Shown here one piece after another: positions 52,098 to 64,000 of a DNA stretch of 64,000 bases. The notes below the pieces were generated by a model that made no database searches, had not been told where the DNA came from, and saw nothing but the letters and a program-made list of their open reading frames with translations. Source of the stretch: Lama guanicoe (lineage: Eukaryota); contig MU054212.1 of the NCBI GenBank assembly GCA_013239625.1, forward strand, positions 4,994,270 to 5,058,269, read 5' to 3'. How positions within the stretch are numbered: the stretch's first letter is position 1; each line of letters opens with the position of its first letter. The position numbers and the translations under genes were made by a program.

Positions 52098-54137
52098 ACA
52101 CTTTTATGTTTCAGACTGACTGAAATAAATTCATATAATTATGTGTAAATAGTAATCACTTCAATTCTTTACTATCATATTAAGATATAACCTAAATGCT
52201 TAAGCTTCATTTTTTTCTAATGAAATACTGCTTTTAAATAGTATTTAAGTGGTTTCTATTATATACTATTTCATACTAGGGTGCATTTGGTAGACAAAAT
52301 ACTTACATTTTCATAATAAAGATGACCCAACACTTGATATTTATTGAGCAATACATTCTCCGTGCTCAACTAGAGAGGGAGAAAAAATAAAATGGGGACT
52401 AATGAAATAGCACTGCTATCATCTCTCCTTTGGAATAGTAGACTTTTAACCTTACCACTTAATAAATAACTTGACCACAAGTTTGTCAGACATGAATGTT
52501 GTTCTCAAGTTATATTTTTCTACTCAAATATCCATCAGAATTCATTTGTATTAAGTTAGCTGGAAAGATATGCTGAGTTGCTCCTTTAGAGCAAGAGTTA
52601 AGTGTGCAGAAGAGAAAACAATATAACAGAGTGCACATATGCTTGCCAAATGTAGACAAGTAATAATGTAAAATCTGATACGTTGTCAGTTTTATCATCT
52701 TTGGAATGCCTGTGATATAAAAAAAATGCTGAGCTTTTCTCTTTTAGTTCCAACAATTTAGCAATCTGGTTCTATTATCAAGGGAAAAATTAATCTATGA
52801 AACATAAATAAGCTTGGGGTAAGCATAACTAATTTTACCCCATTAAGCCAACACTTTTTTTGATCCTAGTTCAGCTGTAGTCACTGGTTGAACTCCTCAT
52901 TTCTTGCAACATTTCCATCTCCAGAATCAAGAACTTTGAGTTTCCCTTCTTTGATAAGAATCCCTGACCTCCCCAGACTTTATACTGCTTTACCCTATTA
53001 CGTTTACTCTGCAACGTTATATTTAATATGTCTTCTCACTGTCTCCTTTAAATTTTTAAAGATCTTCCATTACTTGAATTTATATTATTTGGTACTTTTT
53101 TTTCTTTCATTCACTTACACAGTGTTCATTCAACAAATATTTCTGTGGGGCTAGGCACTTAGCCAGGCACATTGAGCATGACAGTAACTAAGAGCATATG
53201 TCTGCACTGAGAGTTTGCCTCATTGACTGGAGAAATCATCCCAACACTGTGACCTGTGATACATAAAAAACACCTGATTTATAAACTGCCACTATTTGTG
53301 TGTGTTTCGCCTGGCTCGTTTAATAAGTGCAAGTTGAATGGAACTCTAAATGACAGTGGAAATAAATTATTTTTATAAAACTCCTCTATTATCATTCAGG
53401 AAATATTTCTCACTGTTGGTACCATGAAATTAGTAAGTTGAAAATCTTAACTGTAAGCAGAGAAGACAACAACAACAACAACAAAAAGCTTGGAGGTTTG
53501 AGGAGGATTGGAGACAGGGAAGTGTAAAAATTGGACAGCAGAGAGAGAATAAGAGAAAATCTTTGCTGGTACTTTTCCTGTCTCATGCACAGGAAGACAG
53601 GAAAGAGAAAGAAAAGGGAAAAAAACTTGAAACAAGCGGCAGATAGTGAGAAAATGTAAAGGGAAAAATGTCAGTGTGGGCTTCTGATACATGAGACATC
53701 TTGGTGGGAGGTTTACTGGGATGAGCCCAAGGGCCATGTTTGCAGTCATCAAATCCTGGTAGGGAATCTTTTGTCAGCTTTCAGAACAACAGCAAAATTT
53801 ATCCTGGAGTCAAAGTGGAAAAAAAATTAAGACCATGGAGAAAATATGCTGATTGCAGAGTAGGGAAAAAAATCTAATTTGTAAAATTTTATTCTGGAAT
53901 GGAATGAGAACATTAAAACAAGAATGTGTTTATTTAAAAAAATACTCTGAGGAAGTAAACATTCAAAAATAAAGCAAAGGTGAATAACAAGTGACAAAAA
54001 TAGCAGGAGTTAAAATATTTTAATTGAAGGATGGTATCTGCATTGTCTTTGGTATTATGGATAAAATTCAGAAATTCTTTATATGTTTACATGGAAAATA
54101 GTTAATAAACAATAAAAATTATGCATGGATAACAGTG

Positions 54138-54212
54138 CAATATATATATTATAATGAATATATATATACTATATATATATATACTATAATATATTATATA
54201 TATATACTATAA
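54138..54212. repeat. AT-rich (TA)n low-complexity tract
   Basis: Direct reading. Confidence 0.85.
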
Positions 54213-54319
54213 TGAAGACACTAAATTTTTACGAAAGCTAGACAATCATAGTAATAATCAAGCACAAAATTAAAGGGAGACGACATGCCAAGGAAAAATA
54301 AAACGAAACAAAACAGTCC

Positions 54320-54480
54320 TTGGATTGAGACAGTTAGAAACCCCACTCTATCTCTCTTCACTTGTTTGATACTGGGGAAATCGCTTAAACTCAAATTCCT
54401 AATTTTTTTAATGGGAATAATGATGTCACTTTAATGATTAAATAAAATAATATATGTAAAGTGCTGGTTTTCACAAAAGA
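54320..54480 (+). mobile_element. MIR fragment
   Basis: 'ctggggaaatcgcttaaac...taatgggaataatgat...ataatatatgtaaagtgct'. Confidence 0.6.
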
Positions 54481-57203
54481 GACTCCATTAAAGCCACCAT
54501 GGTTGACCTCACAGATTAAGCACAGATGCGTTATTCATAGTACACTCGAATATAGCAGCCCCAGCATAGTTATTATTATTTTCTGAGCAGCCATGAGAAC
54601 ATAGAGTAAAAGGGAAGACAAAACTGAGTAACATCTGTTAAAATAAAAATTAGTCAACTTCGAAACTTTGAAAGTTTTGCAAAATAAAGCTTCCTACAAG
54701 AAATAAAGGTAAAGCAAAAGAGAATGAACAAAGCAAACAATAATTAAAGTATCTTAGCATAAAATAGCAAAGACAAAGAGAAAATTACAAGGCATGAAAG
54801 TATATCATGTTTTAAAATGTAAATTTCAATAATTTTGAGATTTGTATTTGAAAATGGATTATTATTTTGAATAGTAAAATATAGCAAGCATGAGTGTTTG
54901 GAATCACAAAACAAACATATATGGGAATGGGAAGTAACTTTTATCATTAACTTAATATATATACAGACATGTAAATACACACGTATAATAAGGTATTGAA
55001 AATAGGACACTCTTTTGGATCCGATTGTCTTATTGCTAACCTCTTCCCATTTCGTCCAGTTTGCTTAAATTTGCCTGTATTTTTAATCTTCTGTGATGAT
55101 AAGATTACTTAGAAAATACAATGAAACAAATACTTTGACATCATAAACGATGATTGCAGGTGTTTGCAGTGCTGTTTTCATTCCGAAGAAACTATTTATT
55201 CTAACCGCATGAGAGAAATACAGATGTCTAATTTTCTAGGTACGTTGTCTGCTATTCTGAGAGAACTTTGCTATCTGCGATCTTTCTCCTCTTAAAATAT
55301 TTTATTTCACTACTTTCTTTTTTACAGTACTGTCTTCTATATTTAGTTCAGTTATTAAGCAGAATTAAATTAATTATGAAATACTGATAGAAGGCAGCAC
55401 TATGAATGCGAGGAGAAAAGGTAGAGAGAGGGCTAACTTCAGCCCAATGTATTCCCATTCCCCCTCAGCCCCTGGTGGAAACTGACATCAACTCATAAAT
55501 GAGAGCCACTGTTTATAAACACTTATTTCAATGACAGATCTACCAGTGATAATAAAAGAGTCATATTTGCCTGTTGCCATGCTAATATTTCTGGGACCAT
55601 CCTCCAAATAAAACTTCTTGTTCTTGGTCCTTATATCACTGTCAGCTTCTGAGGGAACACAAACCAAGCTTCATATAAGTTTAAAAAAATAAAGAAACCA
55701 ATAAGATTGGTATATTTACTAGTCTTTTGTATATGGCTGCATTTATTTAATTTAAAAAGATTTGTATTTATTTTTAATTTTAATTTTGTTGTCTGTTCTA
55801 CCAGTAGCTATAATGAGTATAAATTAAGCAATACTTGCAAATCATAGAATTTAATTTAAAATAATGCAGTCATTAAAATTATCACTGTAGTAAGCTGTGT
55901 GCAACTGAGTAACCAATCAACTGGGTGATGGATTCATTAAGATCATTGCTAATGACTTTTAATGACAAATACTCAAGTAGTGTTTGTCTTCCATGTGCTT
56001 TTCTCTTCCACGAGAAAATATTTATGTATTATTTATACAACGAAAAAATCAGCATCAAAACTAATGCTGTAATGTGTTTTAAAAACATAAACTTAAAGAA
56101 ACACCATCTTGAATTCCTCAGCTGGGAAACGCTATCCGTAATGAATGCATCTACAAAGAAAATGATAAATAGAATGGTACTTGAGGCAAAAAACAGTTCC
56201 AAAATGTATTAGCTGTATGACAGGGCAGTTCTTAACATGAAGTCCTCAACTGTAAAATGATCAGCGTGATAATATGAATTTTGCCAAGTAATTAGTAAAT
56301 ATAAATGAGATGATATATAAAGTTCTTATAAATATCTTAATAAATATCTGCTCTAGTGAACTTTCAATAAATAGCTATGGCTGCTGTTATTCTAATTATT
56401 AATTTTAATATTATTATTAATACATATAGGATGGATATCAGAAAAAAAAGTTTAATCACTTCACTATTGTGGAATACAAGAGGTAGAAGCCAGAGAGAAG
56501 TCTTAGATTCCTTAGCCAATGCAAACCTGAGAACTGCATTTATTCGAGTTCAAACAATGTGCAAAGCATGCAATGTACACAGAAAGAATTATTCACATCC
56601 TCTTGAGAGGGATGGACATATCAACTCCCTATGTTACACATCAATGTGATATATGCTTTTAAAAATATGGAAATACATTTGTCATACATCTTTTCATTAA
56701 TATGGTGACAGCTTGGTTTTCTTATAATGTTATTGTTGAATTCTAAATTCAATCACTTGTCTATATTCAGATATCTCCCATTATTCTTAAGTTCTCAAAA
56801 TTTAACTACAATTACAATAACAGGTGCTTTATGCCATAAATACTGCCATATATGTATAAAATCTGTAAGTTTTGATAAGATTTGGACAACTAGGAGATTG
56901 TTACCATGATATCCGTTAGCCAAAATCAGTGGCTCTCAAGCATCTTTAGTAGTGGCCCACAATCTGGTAAAATCTGTGCATCATTCCTCCTTAAGCAGCA
57001 AAGGAAAAGCTTCCCAAGTAGTATGGTGATTTTAGAACAGTGCTCTAGAATTGTAAATCCAGTTTCAGATTATTGTTTCTTTATTTATTTGTATAAATAT
57101 TTTCTTGACTTTGATCATGCTATATTACTGCCCTGAGCATTGGTCTTCTTGTCCATAAAATGGGAAAGATAAAATTACTTCTTTTTAAAAGCTGTTATGA
57201 TTT

Positions 57204-57225
57204 TGTGTGTGTGTGTGTGTGTGTG
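57204..57225. repeat. (TG)11 microsatellite
   Basis: Direct reading. Confidence 0.95.
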
Positions 57226-57242
57226 TATGCACACATTTAACT

Positions 57243-57422
57243 GAAAGAGAGGGAGAGAGAGAATAGATATATGTTGGAAGAGGTGGGGGCACTGATACAA
57301 TTGAGATATTTTTATTTGATATTTAGATCATTTTAAAGCTTTTTTAGCTTTCTTATAAGGATTATTTTAACCGAATCATTACTACTTTAAAGATTTTGAA
57401 TAGCTTTTTTTTTTTAAGTTTA
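57243..57422 (+). repeat. Left copy of ~180-bp direct duplication flanking the L1
   Basis: Matches 59273-59457 with 3 substitutions and 2 microsatellite length changes. Confidence 0.95.
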
Positions 57423-57516
57423 GCCACGTAACCTAGTCAGGTATTCTGGGACCCTTGAACACTGCATGATTAGAAATAAAATGATAGAAGCATATTTGTA
57501 TCATTAAAATCATATT

Positions 57517-59272
57517 TATTATTCAACATAGTCTTGGAAGTCCTAGCCACAGCAATCAGCCAAGAGAGAGAAATAAAAGGGATCCAAATTGGAAACGAAG
57601 AGGTTAAAGTGTCACTATATGCCCATGACATGTTACTATATATAGAAAACCCTAAACAGTCCACACAAAAAGTACTAGAGCTGATCAAAGAATTCAGCAA
57701 GGTAGCAGGTTACAAGATTAAAGTTCAAATTTCAGTTGCATTTCTTTACACTAACGATGAATCAACAGAAAAGGAAAGTAAAGAAACAATCCCCTTCAAA
57801 ATAGCACCTAAAGTAATAAAATACCTAGGAATAAATCTAACCAAGGAGGTGAAAAAGTTATACACAGAAAACTATAAACCATTGATGAAGGAAATTAAAG
57901 AAGACTTTAAAAAATGGAAAGATATCCCATGCTCTTGGATTGGAAGAATCAGTATTGTCAAAATGTTCACACTGCCCAAGGCAATCTACAGATTTAATGC
58001 AATCCCTATCCAATTACCCAGGACATATTTCACAGAACTAGAACAAATCATAATAAAATTTATATGGAACCATCAAAGACCTAGAATTGCCAAAGCATTA
58101 CTGAAGAGAAAGAAAGAGGCTGGAGGAATAACTCTCCCAGACTTCAGACAATACTATAGAGCTACAGTCATCAAGACAGCATGGTATNNNNNNNNNNNNN
58201 NNNNNNNNNNNNNNNNNNNNNNNNNNNNNNNNNNNNNNNNNNNNNNNNNNNNNNNNNNNNNNNNNNNNNNNNNNNNNNNNNNNNNNNNNNNNNNNNNNNN
58301 NNNNNNNNNNNNNNNNNNNNNNNNNNNNNNNNNNNNNNNNNNNNNNNNNNNNNNNNNNNNNNNNNNNNNNNNNNNNNNNNNNNNNNNNNNNNNNNNNNNN
58401 NNNNNNNNNNNNNNNNNNNNNNNNNNNNNNNNNNNNNNNNNNNNNNNNNNNNNNNNNNNNNNNNNNNNNNNNNNNNNNNNNNNNNNNNNNNNNNNNNNNN
58501 NNNNNNNNNNNNNNNNNNNNNNNNNNNNNNNNNNNNNNNNNNNNNNNNNNNNNNNNNNNNNNNNNNNNNNNNNNNNNNNNNNNNNNAAAAAATGCTCAAT
58601 ATCACTAATTATCAGAGAAATGCAAATCAAAACTACAATGAGGTATCACCTCACACCAGTCAGAATGGCCATTGTTCAAAAATCCACAAATGACAAATGC
58701 TGGAGAGGCTGCAGAGAAAAGGGAACCCTCCTTCACTGCTGGTGGGAATGCAGTTTGGTGCAGCCACTGTGGAAAACAGTATGGAGATTCCTCAAAAGAC
58801 TAGGCATAGACTTACTGTATGACCCAGGAATCCCGTGCCTGGGCATAGATCCAGAAGAAACCCTACTTCAGGATGACACCTGCACCCCAACGTTCATAAC
58901 AGCACTATTTACAATAGCCAAGACATGGAGACAGCCTAAATGTCCATCAACAGATGACTGGATAAAGAAGAAGTGATATATTTATACAATGGAATACTAT
59001 TCAGCGATAAAAACCGACAACATAATACCATTTGCAGCAACATTGATGCTCCTGGAGAACGTCATTCTAAGTGAAGTAAGCCAGAAAGAGAGAAAAATAC
59101 CGTATGAGATCGCTCATAGGTGGACTCTAAATAACAAACAAAGGATAAACACAAAACAGATATAGACACATAGACATGGAATACAAACTTGTGGTTGCCA
59201 AGGGGGCGGAGGGTGGGAAGGGATAGACTGGGATTTCAAAATTGTAGAATAGATAAACAAGATTATACTGTA
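57517..59272 (+). mobile_element. Young camelid L1, 5'- and 3'-truncated (ORF2 RT to C-terminus plus part of 3'UTR)
   Basis: ORF2 peptide [19 protein letters not shown]...YAHD...[11 protein letters not shown]...[12 protein letters not shown]...[19 protein letters not shown]; stop-free on both sides of the gap until TGA at 58974; ends at 'attatactgta' without poly(A). Confidence 0.95.
58188..58587. other. Assembly gap (400 N)
   Basis: Run of N inside the L1. Confidence 1.
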
Positions 59273-59457
59273 GAAAGAGAGAGAGAGAGAGAATAGATAT
59301 ATATATGTTGGAAGAGGTGGGGGCACTGATTCAATTGAGATATTTTTATTTGATATTTAGATCATTTTAAAGCTTTTTTAGCTTTCTTATAAGGATTATT
59401 TTAACCAAATCATTACTACTTTAAAGATTTTGAATAGCTTTTTTTTTTTTAAGTTTA
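59273..59457 (+). repeat. Right copy of ~180-bp direct duplication flanking the L1
   Basis: Matches 57243-57422. Confidence 0.95.
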
Positions 59458-61584
59458 AATTTATTAAAGAGAATATCCAATGCACCTATAATCAAAAGTC
59501 AGTGATACACTGTGTGTGGATAAATGTATTTTGTTCTGCAGTGTACCAAATGCAAAATAAGTCCCTTCATGTGGGGCTACGACATTGGCTTCTAAAGCCA
59601 AAAGTTATTACACTGCATTTTAATATAATTCATCAGAGCTTGGAGAATTGAATTCATTTTAAAATGCTCGGTGCTCTTTTGCTGAAAAGAGTGCTTAATT
59701 TAATTACCCAGCTCCAAAAATAGTGAAAAATTTTATTGACTTTTACTGGAGTATGAAATTCTCATCCTGATGACTCCTTGTAGAAACCACATCTTATTAT
59801 TTTCATATGCATCATTCTTCCAACAATAGAACATGCCAAGCAGTCTTCTTGTTGCCTGTCAAATAGTTCCCCAGATGTTTTGATAAATTTAATTACAGAA
59901 GTTGCAGGTCAATGTTGAGAAAAGTTTCTAAATGAACAATTACCAAATTTAGCCAAAGGACTCTGTGAGGGTAGCAAAAAATGTTGAGTAAAATTAGTTA
60001 TTAGAAAGTTGTTCAAATATGTCAAAATAGCATGCTCAACTCAGTCTTTGATCTGTTTTCTCCAGGATGTATGTGTGAAGATGCACCCGTGTGTTTATCT
60101 CTTTTCCATGATGAGGCTTTATGCTGACAAAGACTTGGAAATCAAAACCAACCATTAAAATCAAATGGCTCTGATTTATAGCTGTAAATGATTCATTATG
60201 CTTTTGGCATTGAAATTATTATCTAAAATTTTGTCATTTAAAAGGTATTTTAACTTTTCTAAGACTAATTCTAAGAATAGAAACAATAGGATCATATCTG
60301 TGGCAGAGTAGAGTCTAAAACAAGATGTCGTTTCTCCCAGCTCAGCTCTAAGACTGGATTGTATAAGAGCAAAAAGGACAGACTGTGTGATTCTACGTAC
60401 CACCAGGATGTCTCAAAACAAGAACAGTGCAATTAAACAGATCCCTCAGGCTTCTGATCATTTGGATAAAATGCCCTTTAGGTCTCTGACTTTAGTCATC
60501 TTTTTGGACAATGGAGATCACAAATATTTTTATCTCAATTGAAAATATAGCCCCTATAAAAGAAACCCACCCCTCTGAGTGTAGCTTGAAACTTTATTTC
60601 AAGACAACAAACTAAATATAACTTCAAAAGACAATGACTAAAGCTGACAAATATTTTCTACATTGTCACATATGATCACCTAGTTTCTCACACTGATTTT
60701 TATTTTTCTGTGTACTGTGCGAACAGATGTTAATGTGGTATAAATGAACATGTCAATTTTCTCATGCCTATGTTGACAAGTGTTAAAGAATTCAGCTTAA
60801 GATGGACACGCCACCTGATCATTACCTGTCTTCCTCTTTTATATCAAGTTATCATGTTGCCCATCCAGTGTTTGGTGTCCTATCACAAGGTAGCATAGGG
60901 CACAAAATCAAAACACCAGAAATGTTATTCTGTCCACACCATCTCTGAAACAACTCTTTCTGCCCTCCTTTTGAATGACTGGCAGACCAACGAACCTCTT
61001 CTGTTCAAGGGCAAAGGGAGGGAGACAGGAGGCATCTGTTCTCCAGGTGTGCAGAGTTCTTGTCTATTTTGATTTATCAGAAGAAATTCTTTCTTTGCTG
61101 CTTTAGTACTTATTATTACTGGCAGAAAACTTTTTAGAAACGAGGCATAATTAAAGCTGGTAAAATACCACCCTTACAGTGTACATCACGTCTTCATTCA
61201 CAGCATGTATTTAAGTTGATTTTAGCAAATTGAACGTGTTACATACCTGAGTGACCCTCATCAAATGGCATCACAAGGTGACCATACCGTTGAACTGCTT
61301 TTCCATGGTAACTGGTGCAGGAGCTGAACTACAGTTTCAGGATAGATCTTAATAAAATAAATCATCAGCATCTAAATGCATATTCCAAAGTCACAGCACT
61401 TCCCGTATTCCCGCCTATATTAATACAAGACACTCGGAAAACCACCTGGTTGTGAGACAGCATAGATGCCATTCCAGGCTGGCATGCTGCGCTGCACTCT
61501 GCAGGGTGAAGAAAGAATGCAACTGATTTTTTTTTCCTGTGGGCTTTAGTATTTATGGAATACCACTGTTTATCACAAGGTGCA

Positions 61585-61797
61585 CTGGTGTTTCTGTGCT
61601 GTTGTACAGGGGGAGCAGGAAATGAGGGAGTGACTGAAAATGGACATGAGGTTTCCTTTTAGAGTGAGGAAATGTTCTAAAGTGAGATCATGGTGATGAC
61701 TGCACACCTCTGTGCATATACCACTGAATTGTACATTTAAAAATAGTGAATTTTATGGTATGTGAATTACACCTCAATACAGCTGTTCTAAAAAGAA
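61585..61797 (+). mobile_element. L1MB-like 3' tip
   Basis: 'gagtgactg...aaatgttctaaag...ggtgatgactgcac...ccactgaattgtacattt...atggtatgtgaattacacctcaat'. Confidence 0.85.
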
Positions 61798-64000
61798 ATT
61801 CACTTGAAGACTAATCTTATATTTTTATACTCTTTATCAAATGTAGAATTTTAATTCTGTTTGAATTAAGAGAAACTCTGATGTATAGTGAGAATTTTTT
61901 AACACACAGTGTCTTGTCAGTTCAACTCTTCACTTCTCAAGACGGAAGATAATTAATATCCACTTATATTCAACATGAATCCCTGCTGTTACCATACAGT
62001 CGAGTAACTAGAAGATTCTTAGATCTGAGGAGGAAACATCTTAACCCAGTTGCAGGGAGGGAGGTCGTTGGACATTCTACTTCAAAGACTGAGTAACCAT
62101 CAAATGTGGTGTACCAACCTACGTGCTCATATTGGAGCCCTTGTCTCTTTGGCAACAGTGCAGCTAGAAGTTAGTAGACATGAAAGAAGAATTATTTCTG
62201 ATGAGGTATTTGTGACACTCAGCTGCTCTAGGTAGCCTTACAGCACTAGTTTCTTATAGTGGACAGTAAAAAACTCTCCCACATTCCAGATTCTGTGTGC
62301 ATTCTCTAGTCAAATGTGACCTATATCTGCATGTCTAACTAATTTATTATGTGTATTAAATCTAAAACTGTCAGAAAAATTAAGATTTTTAAAGTGATCA
62401 TCGAATCTGAACCCTTTAGGTTACTATAAAGAAATCAGAAACAAAACCAAGAAATGATCTCCCACACTTAAAATTTACTTAGCAGAGACATCAGGGAGTG
62501 ATACTAGGTTTCAGAGTTTCTCTCCTTCCCACATTATCTCAAAGCAGTGTCCTTTTTAGCAACTCTCTCTTCCTAATTCCTCTTAATCAGTTGAAATTTG
62601 ATATATGTTACACTCATATATAGATATTTTTGTTGTTATTAATAGATAAAGCTATTTGAGAGCCATGTATAATTCTCATACCCAGTATAGTATATATTAA
62701 TTTTAATCTATAAAATTATAATAAAGTATATTTTATGAATAAGGAAAAGGACTCAAAGTGGTTAGGTATTTTACAAATAAAAAACTGACCCTCAAAGATA
62801 TTACCCAATGTTTTAAAAGTCACAGCTTTTAGCTCCCGAAGAAGTAGAAATTGTACCCCATCATTCAAGCTGTATAGTTGGAAAGAATTCTACTTACTAT
62901 TCTTCACTAGCCCATGGACCCTAGAGAATTCTATGTCTACCATAATTTAATAGAAGTATGAAAGGCATTGTCTTGCTTGTTTGAAGATGTTAGTTACAAT
63001 TAAGAACAAGCTTCAAGGCATAAGCTGTTCCCCTATGACTACTGGAGAGCCAAGTTGGTACAATTATGAGAAAGGAAGTCATGCAAAGCTTAACCTTGCA
63101 AAATTGAGTGTTCCAGGTTGATTGACTCTGAAATATCAAAAGTAATAATAGAAAAATTTTGTCACAGTAGGTACTTGTTTATGAAAATGTCACTGTATGT
63201 ACCATATTGCTTTTGCATAATTGTTGCATTTCAGGTTTGTTCACTGAACAAGCTAATTCAACAGACAAGTTGTCATTAAATTTCACTAGTGGGAGGCACA
63301 TAAGATTTACAGGCTTTTAATAGTTCAAACGTTTCATCAGCTATCATTTTTAAAACTGTACTGCACTCATTAGTCATTTACAATATGAGAGCAATATCTA
63401 TTCAAATATTCAAAACTATTTTGAAATCTGTTTCTTAACCCTTCATTCACAAGTAAAATTTTAGGGGGGATTTTCATAGTATTTTAATTGTGCTTTCTTA
63501 TTATTACTGTAATATTTGCTCTATAACATACTTCTGGTGGTGGACATTCAATAAACACAGAGCCAAGTTAAATCTACTAATACTGTGTAAGAATTTCAAA
63601 TTAAAGCAGAATAAGGAACATAAAATAAAGCACTCTGTTTTGATTTTATTTTCTGATTTCTTAAAATGAATATAAAATGTTCATGATCACCATTTAATGT
63701 ATTTAAATTATGTATTTGTTCCTTTTAACAACCTAATTTATAGTAAAATACATTATTTTCAACACACATATTTATTAGAAATAATTAGCAGTCATTCCCA
63801 ACATTTAGAGAGAATGGTATATAAAGTACTTTTAAAAAGCTCTCTACATATTTATATGTAACCAGCAAGTACGTGGCATATTATTTTTGAATTAGTCATT
63901 TCTGTGTACATAGCCTATCCTTTAGAAGATTTTAAATTAATTATTAGTCCCTTTAAAAATACTTCACCAGGAAAGAAAATTATATTTCAAGAGCTCATCT

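Noticed and set aside
57534..58976. 480-aa ORF as an intact CDS
   Set aside because: It is L1 ORF2 read through 400 Ns. About 200 codons separate TAWY and KKCS in L1 ORF2 as I recall it, versus ~133 here, so the gap size is nominal and frame continuity is not evidence.
1973..62235. The many 60-120 aa ORFs in the six-frame track as host genes
   Set aside because: They overlap repeats or have low-complexity F/I/L/K-rich composition expected from AT-rich DNA; only the L1 and ERV integrase peptides are recognisable.
63110..63325. Two short acceptor-led open frames (LIDSEISK..., LFTEQANS...)
   Set aside because: Weak or absent donors, implausibly short intron and no recognisable homology.
1..64000. 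CRISPR array, operon, NUMT, processed pseudogene or non-retroviral endogenous viral element
   Set aside because: No regularly spaced repeats and no recognisable mitochondrial, mRNA-like or viral coding sequence seen; a highly diverged element could only be excluded by tBLASTx.

Overview
AT-rich, CpG-depleted mammalian genomic DNA, almost certainly camelid (camel/alpaca/vicuna), judged from two tRNA-Ala-derived Vic-1-type SINEs. I find no supportable host protein-coding gene, RNA gene, CpG island or prokaryotic system; the window reads as gene desert or giant intron. Recognisable content is transposon debris: MIR/L2, many L1 fragments, MaLR/ERVL LTRs, six ERV1-type LTRs, an env-less ERV1 remnant with a decayed integrase (~21.95-24.0 kb), two Tigger MITEs and a young L1 ORF2 3' half spanning a 400-N gap. 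I do not see a new biological system. The most unusual structures are: (1) the young L1 has no poly(A) tail, carries ~94 bp of filler DNA and is flanked by a ~180-bp direct duplication; (2) a GC-rich, CpG-retaining ~1.4-kb island inside an old L1; (3) an exact 87-bp non-tandem duplication inside a solo LTR; (4) an 11-bp inverted repeat made of two TCF/LEF sites in a repeat-free block; (5) a stem-loop abutting the ERV polypurine tract. Repeat family names come from recall of consensus sequences, not from database searches. Boundaries of old elements are approximate.
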